32,715 nucleotides of DNA from Spirochaetia bacterium (GCA_963662265.2 CAXXHA010000038.1:1-32715), one strand, 5' to 3'. Positions 9,816 through 19,052 are shown, numbered from the stretch's first letter. The notes: generated by a model not told the origin, from the sequence alone. Made by a program: numbers and translations.

Positions 9816-9875
9816 TTGATTATTCAATTGAATAGTTGTATACAGTATTAAATAATTCAATTGAATAGTAGAATA
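9816..9875 (+). promoter_or_regulatory. Promoter of the Fe-S operon with two tandem operator palindromes
   Basis: TATTCAATTGAATA (9821-9834, perfect palindrome) and ATTCAATTGAAT (9855-9866). The first lies between TTGATT and TATACA (17-bp spacing). Confidence 0.7.
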
Positions 9876-9923
9876 CTACAAGTCAATCAGACTGTCTGAA
9901 AACTTAAATGAGGTGGCTTAAAT

Positions 9924-10403
9924 ATGCAGACAATGCTGGAATTTACAAAAGAACAAATTCTTCAGGTTGATGAATTAATCGACAAATTCGGTATGCACCC
10001 CAGCGGACTGATTCCGTTACTGGAAAAAGTCCAGGAAGTCCTGGGATATTTACCGCTAAGTATCCAGGATTACATTTCTGAAAAAACAGGATTTTCTCCC
10101 AACAGGATTTACGGTGTTGTAACTTTTTACTCTTTCTTTTCCATGGAACCAAGAGCCAGGCACAGGGTCCAGCTATGCCTGGGAACAGCCTGCTATGTAA
10201 AAGGGGCTGATGTTATACAGGCAAAAATTGAAAAAGACTACCAGATTACACTCGGGGAAAGCACAGAAGACGGAAGATTTACATTTGAAAAGGCAAGATG
10301 CGTTGGTGCCTGCGGCCTGGCTCCTGTAATGATTGTAGACGGGAAAGTCTTCGGCAAAGTGACTGCTGATGCAGTTGATGAAATCCTTGCACAGTATGAA
10401 TAG
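9924..10403 (+). CDS. NuoE/HydC/HndA-like [2Fe-2S] subunit
   Basis: YGVVTFYSFF, CLGTACYVKG and CVGACGLAP give four [2Fe-2S] Cys ligands. Confidence 0.93.
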   Translation: MQTMLEFTKEQILQVDELIDKFGMHPSGLIPLLEKVQEVLGYLPLSIQDYISEKTGFSPNRIYGVVTFYSFFSMEPRARHRVQLCLGTACYVKGADVIQAKIEKDYQITLGESTEDGRFTFEKARCVGACGLAPVMIVDGKVFGKVTADAVDEILAQYE

Positions 10404-10416
10404 GAAGGGGAGAAAA

Positions 10417-12132
10417 ATGAAAACAACTGAAGATATTAACCTCATCCGTCAGGAAATGAATAGCAATGAGGCAGATAAAACATACCTTTATGTACATATG
10501 GGGACATGCGGTATTGCATCCGGTGCAATGGGTGTACTTGCCGCATTAAAAAACAGGATTAAAGAAGAAAATGCATCAAAAAATATCCAGATTATTACTA
10601 CAGGATGTGCAGGGATATGCTCCCAGGAACCACTGCTTACAGTAAAAACACCCGGTACAGAACCTGTTATATATAAACAGATGAATGAAGAAAAAGCCCT
10701 CACTGTTTACGATAAACATGTGAAAGGCAATACAGCTGTGGAAGAATATGCCCTTGCGAGGGGAATGGAATTCCAGATTAAAGAGAGAATCAGGGCAAAA
10801 GGGAAGCTTCCTGATGAAAGCGTTATCTCAACATCGATTCCAGGCATTGAAGAACTTCCCTTCTTTTCTCTTCAGGAGTCCCGTGTCATGCGGAACCGCG
10901 GACTCATAGACCCGGGAAAGATCAGAAACTATATAGGCAGAGACGGATACCAGGGAGTTATAAGGGCTCTTACCAAATTGTCTTCAGAACAGATCATCGA
11001 CGAAGTAGTAAACTCGGGTCTCAGAGGAAGGGGCGGAGCTGGTTTTCCTATCGGATTAAAATGGAAATTAACCCACTCAGAAAAAAGCGATATCAAATAT
11101 ATGCTCTGTAATGCTGATGAAGGGGATCCCGGAGCCTATATGGACCGTAATGTCATGGAAAGCGATCCCCACAGCCTTATCGAAGGGATGATAATCGGCG
11201 CAAAAGCGATTGGAGCAAGTCAGGGTTATATTTACTGCAGAGCCGAATACCCCCTGGCAATCGAAACTCTCAACAAAGCAATAAAACAGGCAAAGTCATT
11301 AAACCTTCTTGGAGAGAATATTCTCGGAACAGACTTCTCTTTCGATATAGAAGTATATGAAGGGGCAGGAGCTTTTGTCTGCGGAGAAGAAACTGCCTTG
11401 ATGAGATCTATTGAAGGGAAAAGGGGAAACCCGAGACCTAAACCGCCGTTTCCGGCAAAAGCAGGACTATGGGAAAAACCGACAGTTCTCAATAACGTGG
11501 AGACTCTGGCCAATATCCCCCAGATTATTGTCAGAGGATCAGAATGGTTTCGGGAAGTCGGGACATACAGGAGTCCTGGCACAAAAATTTTCTCCATAAC
11601 CGGAGATATTGAAAATGTGGGCTGTGTGGAAGTCCCCATCGGTACAACAATCAAAGAGATAGTAAATCAAATAGGTGTGGTGCTTGGGGATAAAAAGCTG
11701 AAAGCTGTTCAGCTTGGAGGACCTTCAGGAGGCTGTATTCCCAGGGAGTACATGGATGTTAAAGCTGACTATGAAACATTGCAGGAATACGGCGCTATTA
11801 TGGGATCAGGCGGCTTAATCGTCATGAGCGAAGATAAAACCGGCGTTGATATTGCAAAATTTTTCATGGAATTCTGCAAGGATGAAGCATGCGGAAAATG
11901 CCTCCCGGGAAGAGAAGGGACAAAACAGATGCTCCTGATACTCAATAAAATATCATCAGGAAATGGTTCTCTTGACGACATCAGTAAGCTTGAGGATTTA
12001 AGCGAAGTGATCCAGAATACCGCGCTCTGCGCATTATGCAAGACAGCGGTAAACCCTGTATTAAGCACCCTGAGATATTTCCGTGATGAATATGAAGAGG
12101 CTGTGAAAAGTAAAGTCGAAATGGGGGTATAA
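10417..12132 (+). CDS. NuoF/HydB/HndC-like FMN/NADH-binding subunit with an N-terminal thioredoxin-like Fe-S domain
   Basis: MGTCGIASGA...TGCAGIC..EP, SGLRGRGGAGFP, CNADEGDPG, GAGAFVCGEETAL, GGPSGGC and CGKC. Start placed at ATG 10417 after an RBS. Confidence 0.93.
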   Translation: MKTTEDINLIRQEMNSNEADKTYLYVHMGTCGIASGAMGVLAALKNRIKEENASKNIQIITTGCAGICSQEPLLTVKTPGTEPVIYKQMNEEKALTVYDKHVKGNTAVEEYALARGMEFQIKERIRAKGKLPDESVISTSIPGIEELPFFSLQESRVMRNRGLIDPGKIRNYIGRDGYQGVIRALTKLSSEQIIDEVVNSGLRGRGGAGFPIGLKWKLTHSEKSDIKYMLCNADEGDPGAYMDRNVMESDPHSLIEGMIIGAKAIGASQGYIYCRAEYPLAIETLNKAIKQAKSLNLLGENILGTDFSFDIEVYEGAGAFVCGEETALMRSIEGKRGNPRPKPPFPAKAGLWEKPTVLNNVETLANIPQIIVRGSEWFREVGTYRSPGTKIFSITGDIENVGCVEVPIGTTIKEIVNQIGVVLGDKKLKAVQLGGPSGGCIPREYMDVKADYETLQEYGAIMGSGGLIVMSEDKTGVDIAKFFMEFCKDEACGKCLPGREGTKQMLLILNKISSGNGSLDDISKLEDLSEVIQNTALCALCKTAVNPVLSTLRYFRDEYEEAVKSKVEMGV

Positions 12133-12134
12133 GA

Positions 12135-12614
12135 ATGATTTTTACGAAAGCTCTTACTTATGATGAAATTAAACAAAAACTTGACAAGGATGATGTCATA
12201 TCGATAATAGGCTGCTCCTCCTGTGCAAGAGTGGCAGGAACAGGCGGCGAAGAACAGATGGAAGATCTTGCCAAGAATCTTCGTAAAGACGGCTATAACG
12301 TTCAGGAGGGATTTTCCATCAATACTGTCTGCACGCCAAAAGTCTTTCAGGCCAGATTAAACAGAAAAGTAAACACAATAATTACGATGGCCTGCTCTGC
12401 CGGCTTTGCAAATGTATCCAGTATTTTTGCAGACAAGAAAATTATCACATCAAGTGATGATATCGGGCTTATGGCCGCTGATATAAAAAATGAAACTATT
12501 CATGTAGCTGTACCGTTTGAAAAACACAAAGAAACAAAAGGTGAAAAATTCAAGATGTATTCCGGTGAAGCATTGAACGAGGCTTCTGTAAAGAAAAACA
12601 GGGAGGATCAATAA
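12135..12614 (+). CDS. Cys-containing protein resembling the N-terminal domain of MetV (MTHFR small subunit)
   Basis: Pattern MIFTK...EI...ISIIGCSSC....GTGGEEQME.L...L...G...TVC...MACSAG, recognised by eye as MetV-like. Confidence 0.6.
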   Translation: MIFTKALTYDEIKQKLDKDDVISIIGCSSCARVAGTGGEEQMEDLAKNLRKDGYNVQEGFSINTVCTPKVFQARLNRKVNTIITMACSAGFANVSSIFADKKIITSSDDIGLMAADIKNETIHVAVPFEKHKETKGEKFKMYSGEALNEASVKKNREDQ

Positions 12615-13828
12615 TGATTATATCTCTCAGAAATTTAACTTATTCAGATCTTAAAAAGGAATTGACCAGGGAAAACAGAATTGTTCTTTACAGCTGCAAT
12701 GCCTGTGTAAAAGCATGCGGTATCGGGGGGCTTGAAATGATGAAGCGCCTTGAAAAGGCTTTGAAATCAGACGGTTACAACGTAATCGGAAAAGATCTGA
12801 TAAGCATGGGATGCTCCACCAACCTGATTGAAAAGAGAAAACTTGAAATTGAGAAAAAAGCTATGTATGAAGAGGCTGATGTTATTATTCCGCTTATCTG
12901 TGAAGATGGATATGAGGGAATCACAGAGACATTCAGCGATAAAAAAGTGATATCTACAGCCAGAACTCTTGGTGTCGGAGCCTTCACCGCGGACAGGGGA
13001 ACTGTTCTCACAACTCCTTTTGAAAGCACAGGACTGGAAGCAAAGGCTGAAGGTTATACACTTTCAGAAGTAATAGAAAAGCTTGATCTTCCCAATGGTT
13101 TCTTTGACGAGGAAGATGATAAGGATATTCAACCTGAATATATCAACATAACAATAAACGGGGAGAGTATTAAGGCATGTAAGAATCAGAACCTGATGGA
13201 AGTGTGCAGGGAAAACAGCATTGATATTCCCCTCCTCTGCCACCATGATGATCTGGACAGTTACGGAGCCTGCCGCATGTGCGTTGTCAGGATTGAAGGA
13301 TTCAAGGGGCTATCTGCAGCCTGCTGTGTGAAAGTAACTGATGGTATGAATATTGTGACCAGCGATGAAAAGCTTGAAAGTTACAGAAAGATATTGCTTG
13401 AACTTGCAATATCATCGGGCGATCACGACTGCCTGACCTGTTCAAAGGGTGTCCCCACCCCTTTTGCCTCATGTGAACTGCAGGCCCTGGTCAGACAATA
13501 CGGTATTACAGAGAGCCGGTATAAGAAGGACAATGAAATAAAAACTGAAGATAATTCAAGTCCTGTAATATATCATGATCCCGGTAAATGTATACTTTGC
13601 GGAAGATGCGTTAGGGCATGTGAAGAGATTGCCGGGCTTTGCAACCTCGGTTTTGTAAAGCGGGGAGAAAAAACAACAGTTGTTGCAGGTCTTAACAAAG
13701 AAATAAAACAGAGCGCCTGTGTTTCCTGCATGGCCTGTACAGATGCCTGCCCTACCGGAGCATTATGCGAAAAAGTTGTTCATTTCACAGGAGAAAACTG
13801 GGAACCTGCGAGGGTTCTTGGAGTGTAA
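12614..13828 (+). CDS. Fusion of a MetV-like Cys domain with the NuoG/HydA/FdhA-type N-terminal Fe-S module; no catalytic domain
   Basis: N-terminal SCNACVKACGIGG...GC...LICEDG. Then IPLLC, GACRMC, AACC ([2Fe-2S]); HDCLTC...CELQ; CILCGRCVRAC and CVSCMACTDACP (2x[4Fe-4S]). Stop codon follows shortly after. Confidence 0.8.
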   Translation: MIISLRNLTYSDLKKELTRENRIVLYSCNACVKACGIGGLEMMKRLEKALKSDGYNVIGKDLISMGCSTNLIEKRKLEIEKKAMYEEADVIIPLICEDGYEGITETFSDKKVISTARTLGVGAFTADRGTVLTTPFESTGLEAKAEGYTLSEVIEKLDLPNGFFDEEDDKDIQPEYINITINGESIKACKNQNLMEVCRENSIDIPLLCHHDDLDSYGACRMCVVRIEGFKGLSAACCVKVTDGMNIVTSDEKLESYRKILLELAISSGDHDCLTCSKGVPTPFASCELQALVRQYGITESRYKKDNEIKTEDNSSPVIYHDPGKCILCGRCVRACEEIAGLCNLGFVKRGEKTTVVAGLNKEIKQSACVSCMACTDACPTGALCEKVVHFTGENWEPARVLGV

Positions 13829-13948
13829 AGATAAAAGCAGTTTAATGTAAATTTATCTTTATGCAATGTTTTTACTTCATGAAATTGAAAACCTCATAAA
13901 GATTATGCAGAAATACTGCATTTTCAGAATTATCCGTCTTTCTATTTT

Positions 13949-13985
13949 GTCCCTGCCCGGAATTAAACAATTCCCGGGCAGGGAC
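13949..13985 (+). terminator. GC-rich hairpin, probable terminator of the Fe-S operon
   Basis: GTCCCTGCCCGG/CCGGGCAGGGAC perfect 12-bp stem with a weak T tail. Confidence 0.55.
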
Positions 13986-14273
13986 TTCTATGATTTCAGG
14001 CAGACAGTTACCGGGATAATATATAACAGCCAGCATGCAAACCACAAGTTAAACTAAGTCAGTTTATATTTTCCCTTACCGCAGTTCCTGGAGGATAATA
14101 CCGGAGTTGCAGTTTAGATAGTAACCTGCTTGAACTCTTTGAAAAGACCTCATCATTGTTTTCAGATAAATCAGGAAATATTTCATATTTTTCAAAATTA
14201 TATAATCAATATTGCATATCTATTTCATACTACATACAATTATTTATAAAATAAAAATTTGATTAAAAGGAAT

Positions 14274-14924
14274 ATGATTATGCATCTGCCTGTAGAAATT
14301 CTCGGGACACTATCATCAGTAATAGTGGCAGTTTCCCTTACACAGAAAAACATCAAACTTCTCAGAATTCTCAACCTGATAGGAGCATCAGGATTTGCTT
14401 TTTACGGATACCTGATAAATTCACTGCCGGTGCTCGGCCTTAACGGCTTTATTGCGGTTATTGATCTTTATTACTACTGGTCAATGATCAGGTATAAATC
14501 ATATTTCGACCAGCTTGAAATTGGAAAACCGGAAACTTCCCCTTATCTCAGGAAATTCCTTTATTTTCATATTAACGATATTAAACTTTTCCAGCCTTCG
14601 TTTGACCCTGAAAAAATATCCGGATGCTACGGGATTTATATATTGAGAGATATGCAGCCTGCCTCTGTACTGCTTTTCAGGGAACAGCAGCAGGGAAAAA
14701 TTGAAATGGTTCTTGATTATGCGGTACCGGCATACAGAGACTACAAGAACGGAGAATATTTTTTCAGAGAAGCTGTAAACACAGACCGAAGCAGAAATAT
14801 TCAGGAAATCACAGCATTTTCAGAAACAAAAAAACACTCAGAATACCTCGAACGCCTGGGCTTTATAAAAGAGACAGAAAAAGAGGGGGGTATTATTTAC
14901 AGGCTTGAGTTATTAAATAAATAA
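14274..14924 (+). CDS. Membrane protein with a YgjV-like N-terminus and a soluble, possibly GNAT-like, C-terminus
   Basis: Three hydrophobic helices with LRILNLIG; C-terminal LDYAVPAYRDYKNG and YLERLGF. Start codon uncertain (14259, 14274 or 14280). Confidence 0.6.
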   Translation: MIMHLPVEILGTLSSVIVAVSLTQKNIKLLRILNLIGASGFAFYGYLINSLPVLGLNGFIAVIDLYYYWSMIRYKSYFDQLEIGKPETSPYLRKFLYFHINDIKLFQPSFDPEKISGCYGIYILRDMQPASVLLFREQQQGKIEMVLDYAVPAYRDYKNGEYFFREAVNTDRSRNIQEITAFSETKKHSEYLERLGFIKETEKEGGIIYRLELLNK

Positions 14925-14928
14925 TATG

Positions 14929-15046
14929 CTTTTATTCTGTGCATCCTGAGAAATGAATCCGCGTTTATATTATAATAATATAAGGATATCCCAAAATTTC
15001 CTGGACAAAATAATGGGGAGGTCAAGATCATGATGGGAAAAGCCGG
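14929..15046 (+). repeat. Direct repeat copy 1 (~118 bp); duplicate of the 5' region of the small gene at 18089
   Basis: Shares AATATAAGGATATCCCAAAATTTCCTGGACAAAATAA, GGGGAGGT and AGATCATGA with 17985-18105. Confidence 0.9.
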
Positions 15047-15238
15047 GGAAGAATATTCTTATTAAAATTATTGTTTTTTTATTGCTGAATAATAATTGAG
15101 CTGTTATTATTGTGTCTGTATATTTTTATCGATACATCTTTATTCATTCAATAAATCGAATGATTTTGCAGAAATATTTTCTGGCACAAATTAATGACTA
15201 TTAAAACTTATCAATGAGAAACAGAAAAGGAATTAAAT

Positions 15239-16096
15239 ATGAAGAAAATATTTTTTATTACTGTTTTAACTTTTTCAGCTGTAAATATTTTTTCAGAACC
15301 TATCAAAATTGGATTTATTGAGAGTGATATTGAAGACACTGTAAAAACACATCAGGAAGCTGCTGATTTCATAGGCAATAAGCTGGGTATGTCGGGAGGT
15401 CAAGTCGTTGTAGCTGGAAACAGCACCGAAATGGCAGACCTGTTAAAAGCAGGAAATGTCGACATATTTATCGACACAATTTTCTCATCCCTGTCTGTAC
15501 AGGAGAAATCCGGTTCAAAGATTATACTAAGAAGATGGAAAAAAGGGGTTGCAGAATATCAGACACTTTTCATCGCATTGGAAAATAATGAAAATATCAA
15601 CGATTTTTCAAACCTTAACGGCACTGTAATAGGATTCAGCGATAATAGCTCCACATCTGCAAGATGGCTTCCTCAGGCCTTGCTCATGAAAATGGGCTAT
15701 ACTTTCAGGGAAACTTCTGCACCCGGAAATAACAATGTAGGGTTCATGTATTATGATGATGATCTGGAAAAAGCGGTGGAATTATTATTCAACGGAAAGA
15801 CAGATCTTACAGTAATGTCAACAAATGATTATGAAGATCTGGATAGCGATGTCAGGACAAAACTCAAAATAGTTGGCAGGTCCTTTGATGTGCCAAGGCA
15901 GCTGATTTCGGTAAGCCCTGTCCTTGATAACAGCACAGTAAAACAATTAGTAAATATTCTTACAACAATGGATTCAACACCTGAAGGGAAAAAAGTTCTC
16001 GGGAATTGGGAAAAAACAGAAAAATGCGACAGAATAAACATGAAAATTCTTGATTCTATCAAGCTATCAAAAAAACTGCTTCAGTACATGCAGTAA
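15239..16096 (+). CDS. PhnD/SsuA-like periplasmic substrate-binding protein
   Basis: Signal peptide MKKIFF...; motifs [21 protein letters not shown] and G.S.DVP typical of the phosphate/phosphonate-binding family. Confidence 0.75.
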   Translation: MKKIFFITVLTFSAVNIFSEPIKIGFIESDIEDTVKTHQEAADFIGNKLGMSGGQVVVAGNSTEMADLLKAGNVDIFIDTIFSSLSVQEKSGSKIILRRWKKGVAEYQTLFIALENNENINDFSNLNGTVIGFSDNSSTSARWLPQALLMKMGYTFRETSAPGNNNVGFMYYDDDLEKAVELLFNGKTDLTVMSTNDYEDLDSDVRTKLKIVGRSFDVPRQLISVSPVLDNSTVKQLVNILTTMDSTPEGKKVLGNWEKTEKCDRINMKILDSIKLSKKLLQYMQ

Positions 16097-16116
16097 TTAT
16101 ACGGGGATTAAAAATT

Positions 16117-17883
16117 ATGAAGTTATCAATAAGAAATAAAATATCTGTTCTGACAGGAGCAATTATAATAATTTTAGGGTTATCTCTATCCCTTTCTTCA
16201 GTAACAACCATGAAAAAAGTTATCTCTGAAGAGAGGATGAATGATTTTTCTGAAAGAATAAGGATTATAATCGATGAACTCAATGTAACTGCGGAAGAAC
16301 TTGAAGAGACCGGGCTGACTGAATTCTTTGAAAAAGACTTCCAGAATGATGTTCTTGAGATACTCAGAAAAAGGTATTATATAAAAGAGAATAATTCCAT
16401 TAAATTTTTCCCGTACATCCTTGATGAAAACGGAAATGTGTTAATACACCCGGAACAGGAAACAGGTTCAGAAATATTTGCTGGTACTGATTTTATTCAG
16501 GAAGCATTTAATATGAAAAACGGGTATCTTGAATATGAAAGTAACGGTGAAAAATACTGGATGGTTTATCAGTTATTTGAAAAGTGGAACTGGCTGATAA
16601 TATACAGCTGCAAAATATCAGATAAATATGAAGATGTGGCAGATTTCAGAACAACAATAATATTTCTGGGAATATTGCTCGGTTCTGTGGGAATCGGGCT
16701 GATGTATATTGTCATGTTCAAGCTGCTCAAACCTCTGGAAAAAAGCACTATCATGCTGAAAGATATTTCAGAAGGAGAAGGCGATCTTACAGGAAGGCTG
16801 ACAATAAAATCTCATGATGAAATCGGGAAAATGGCTGAATATTTCAACAGCTTCATCAGCAAGCTGAACATTATGATCAGCTCGATAAAATCAATCTCAG
16901 GTAAAAATCTTTCTATAAAAAATGATTTAAATTCAAGCACAGAGATAGTATCTTCTTCACTGATTCAGATTACAGAAAATGTAAAGGATATTCAGGGACA
17001 GATAAAAAAACTTGACAACAATGTGCTGAACTCATCATCTCATGTGGATAATATTTCCGGAAATATCGCAAGCCTGGACAACCTTATAGAGGAACAAGTT
17101 GCAATGGTTGAAGAATCTACCGCTTCAGTGACACAGATGATAGCATCTCTGAACAATGTTGCATCAATAACAGAGAAAAAAAAGGTTTCTACCGACAGAC
17201 TTGTTGAAACAAGTAAAGACGGGGAAGAAAAACTTGATGTTTTTATCCAGGTTGTCGAAGAAATAAATCACACAATAGATACAATATTTGAGATGACAGG
17301 GATAATTTCCGGTATTGCAGCCCAGACAAATCTTCTTTCAATGAATGCGGCAATTGAAGCTGCGCATGCGGGGGATGCAGGCAGGGGGTTTGCGGTTGTT
17401 GCTGATGAAATAAGAAAACTGGCAGAAACATCAAGTGAAAATTCAGGAGAAATCTCAAAAGCCCTGAAAACAATTGTCGATAAAATAAAATCTGCTTCCT
17501 CATCAAGCCAGGTAACAAGGACAGCATTTGATGATATAAAATATGAGATAAACGATGTCGCCCTTGCCTTATCAGAGATAAGCAGCAGCACTGCCGAACT
17601 CCAGGTGGGGGGTAATGAAATTCTCATAGCCATGAATAAACTCCAGTCTGTTTCTGAAAATGTAAAAAAAGGCTCTGATGAGATGAGCGGCGGTTCTAAT
17701 CATGTCGCCAATTCTGTCATGACAACCAAAGAGATATCAGGAGATGTAACATCAGCAATTGAAATTATATTCACAGGCATTGAAGATATTATTAATGAAA
17801 TGAAACATGTTTCTGAGAGATCAGCAGCCCTTGGAACAGCTGCCGATAATCTTGCTGCGGAAGTAAATAAATTTAAAACATGA
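16117..17883 (+). CDS. Methyl-accepting chemotaxis protein (TM-Cache-TM-HAMP-MA)
   Basis: [35 protein letters not shown]; HAMP GDLT.RL...DEIG; Cache-like [13 protein letters not shown]. Confidence 0.95.
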   Translation: MKLSIRNKISVLTGAIIIILGLSLSLSSVTTMKKVISEERMNDFSERIRIIIDELNVTAEELEETGLTEFFEKDFQNDVLEILRKRYYIKENNSIKFFPYILDENGNVLIHPEQETGSEIFAGTDFIQEAFNMKNGYLEYESNGEKYWMVYQLFEKWNWLIIYSCKISDKYEDVADFRTTIIFLGILLGSVGIGLMYIVMFKLLKPLEKSTIMLKDISEGEGDLTGRLTIKSHDEIGKMAEYFNSFISKLNIMISSIKSISGKNLSIKNDLNSSTEIVSSSLIQITENVKDIQGQIKKLDNNVLNSSSHVDNISGNIASLDNLIEEQVAMVEESTASVTQMIASLNNVASITEKKKVSTDRLVETSKDGEEKLDVFIQVVEEINHTIDTIFEMTGIISGIAAQTNLLSMNAAIEAAHAGDAGRGFAVVADEIRKLAETSSENSGEISKALKTIVDKIKSASSSSQVTRTAFDDIKYEINDVALALSEISSSTAELQVGGNEILIAMNKLQSVSENVKKGSDEMSGGSNHVANSVMTTKEISGDVTSAIEIIFTGIEDIINEMKHVSERSAALGTAADNLAAEVNKFKT

Positions 17884-17960
17884 TAATAATAAATCGTTTA
17901 TGACTTAATTCTCTTTAGTAATTATAGACAGGCTATTAGTAAGACTGTAATTATGAGGGG

Positions 17961-17993
17961 GTGAATTATTTAACAAATAATTCACTTTTCTTC
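17961..17993 (+). terminator. Probable terminator after the MCP
   Basis: GTGAATTATTT-AAC-AAATAATTCAC (11-bp stem) followed by TTTTCTTC. Confidence 0.55.
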
Positions 17994-18105
17994 TGCGTAG
18001 CATGAGAATTGAATCCGCGGTTATATTATAATATTAATATAAGGATATCCCAAAATTTCCTGGACAAAATAACGGGGAGGTTCAGATCATGAGGGAAAAA
18101 GCTGG
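17985..18105 (+). repeat. Direct repeat copy 2
   Basis: Aligns with 14929-15046 with one 3-nt indel and scattered substitutions. Confidence 0.9.
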
Positions 18106-18265
18106 TCAATGGTTTATTGTCGAAGGGTTGATGAATCAGAGAATGGTTAACCAGGTACTTGAATTCCAGAGACACGGTGACAGGCATAAATTCGGGGAAA
18201 TTGCACTGGCAAGGCACCTTATCAACGGAAAATCACTCAAACGTTATCTCCACACAATTTACTGA
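18089..18265 (+). CDS. 58-aa stand-alone MshEN-like (putative c-di-GMP-binding) protein; not in the ORF track
   Basis: RBS GGGGAGG 8 nt before the ATG. Translation MREKAGQWFIVEGLMNQRMVNQVLEFQRHGDRHKFGEIALARHLINGKSLKRYLHTIY fits the G..(L)..G.....(L)..L..Q....GE pattern. A terminator follows. Confidence 0.72.
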   Translation: MREKAGQWFIVEGLMNQRMVNQVLEFQRHGDRHKFGEIALARHLINGKSLKRYLHTIY

Positions 18266-18286
18266 TCCAATGCGTACAAAGGCATG

Positions 18287-18325
18287 AAAAAACCGGTATC
18301 ACAGAACTGACAGATACCGGTTTTT
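18287..18325. terminator. Bidirectional terminator between the small ORF and slyD
   Basis: AAAAAACCGGTATC-12 nt-GATACCGGTTTTT. Confidence 0.85.
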
Positions 18326-18345
18326 ATATATGAACATAATATTAA

Positions 18346-18897
18346 TTAATGTCCGCAGCAGCCGCAGCCTCCGTGATTATCGCATGAAGGGCCGTCCTTC
18401 ATATCATCGCCTCCGCAGCAGCCGCCCCCATGATTGTGGCCGAACAGTTGTTCAATATCTTCATCAGTTGTTTCCTTGACGCTTCTTACATCAACACTGA
18501 AAACAAGAGTCTTTCCTGCAAAAGGGTGGTTTGCATCAACTGTTACAGTTTCATCTCCAATTTCAGTTACTGTGACAAAAACATGGTTTCCTTCATCATC
18601 ATGACTCTGGAATTCATCTCCTATCTTAATTTCGCCGAAATCAACAAATTCAGACTTCGGGATCTCTCTGAAAAGGGAATCATCACGCTCTCCGAACCCG
18701 TTTTCAGGTGTAACAGAAACACTGATTGATTCTCCTTCTTCTTTTCCAAGCAGTGCATCTTCAACTGCCTGAAGCATCATTTCCTTGCCATGAATATAAA
18801 CAGCAGGTCCTGACTCTGCTGTGCTTTCCACAATATTTCCTTCCGGATCTTTGATTGAAAAATCGATTTCCACTGTTGTATTTTCAGAAATTTTCAT
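18346..18897 (-). CDS. slyD: FKBP-type peptidyl-prolyl isomerase SlyD with a His/Cys-rich tail
   Basis: YIHG, V.PENGFGERD and VDANHPFAGKTLVF.V; tail HNHGGGCCGG...HGGCGCCGH. Confidence 0.93.
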   Translation of the reverse strand: MKISENTTVEIDFSIKDPEGNIVESTAESGPAVYIHGKEMMLQAVEDALLGKEEGESISVSVTPENGFGERDDSLFREIPKSEFVDFGEIKIGDEFQSHDDEGNHVFVTVTEIGDETVTVDANHPFAGKTLVFSVDVRSVKETTDEDIEQLFGHNHGGGCCGGDDMKDGPSCDNHGGCGCCGH

Positions 18898-19052
18898 TTA
18901 CTACTCCTGTAAGTATTATTCTCTCTTCGCTATTAAGGGAAATGCATAATATAAAAATCTTTATTTCAGTTTTATTATACAGTTGCACTGAAAATTAATG
19001 TAAGTATAGGATAAAAGTCAATATAAAAATATCCATATCAATTGTCTGCAGA

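Noticed and set aside
9924-13828. Calling the operon an [FeFe]-hydrogenase, formate dehydrogenase or complex I
   Set aside because: No H-cluster motifs, molybdopterin domain or membrane Nuo subunits are present.
8967-13828. Selenocysteine read-through extending these ORFs
   Set aside because: All five ORFs end in TAA or TAG, not TGA.
8486-14258. Intact genomic island or prophage at tRNA-Arg
   Set aside because: No integrase, phage genes or duplicated tRNA 3' end were seen.
15183-15198. sigma54-like TGGCAC upstream of the binding-protein gene
   Set aside because: The -12 element reads AATG and lacks the required GC.
18026-18217. 63-aa minus-strand ORF as a gene or transposase remnant
   Set aside because: It is the antisense shadow of the better supported plus-strand gene at 18089-18265. 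No terminal inverted repeats were found.
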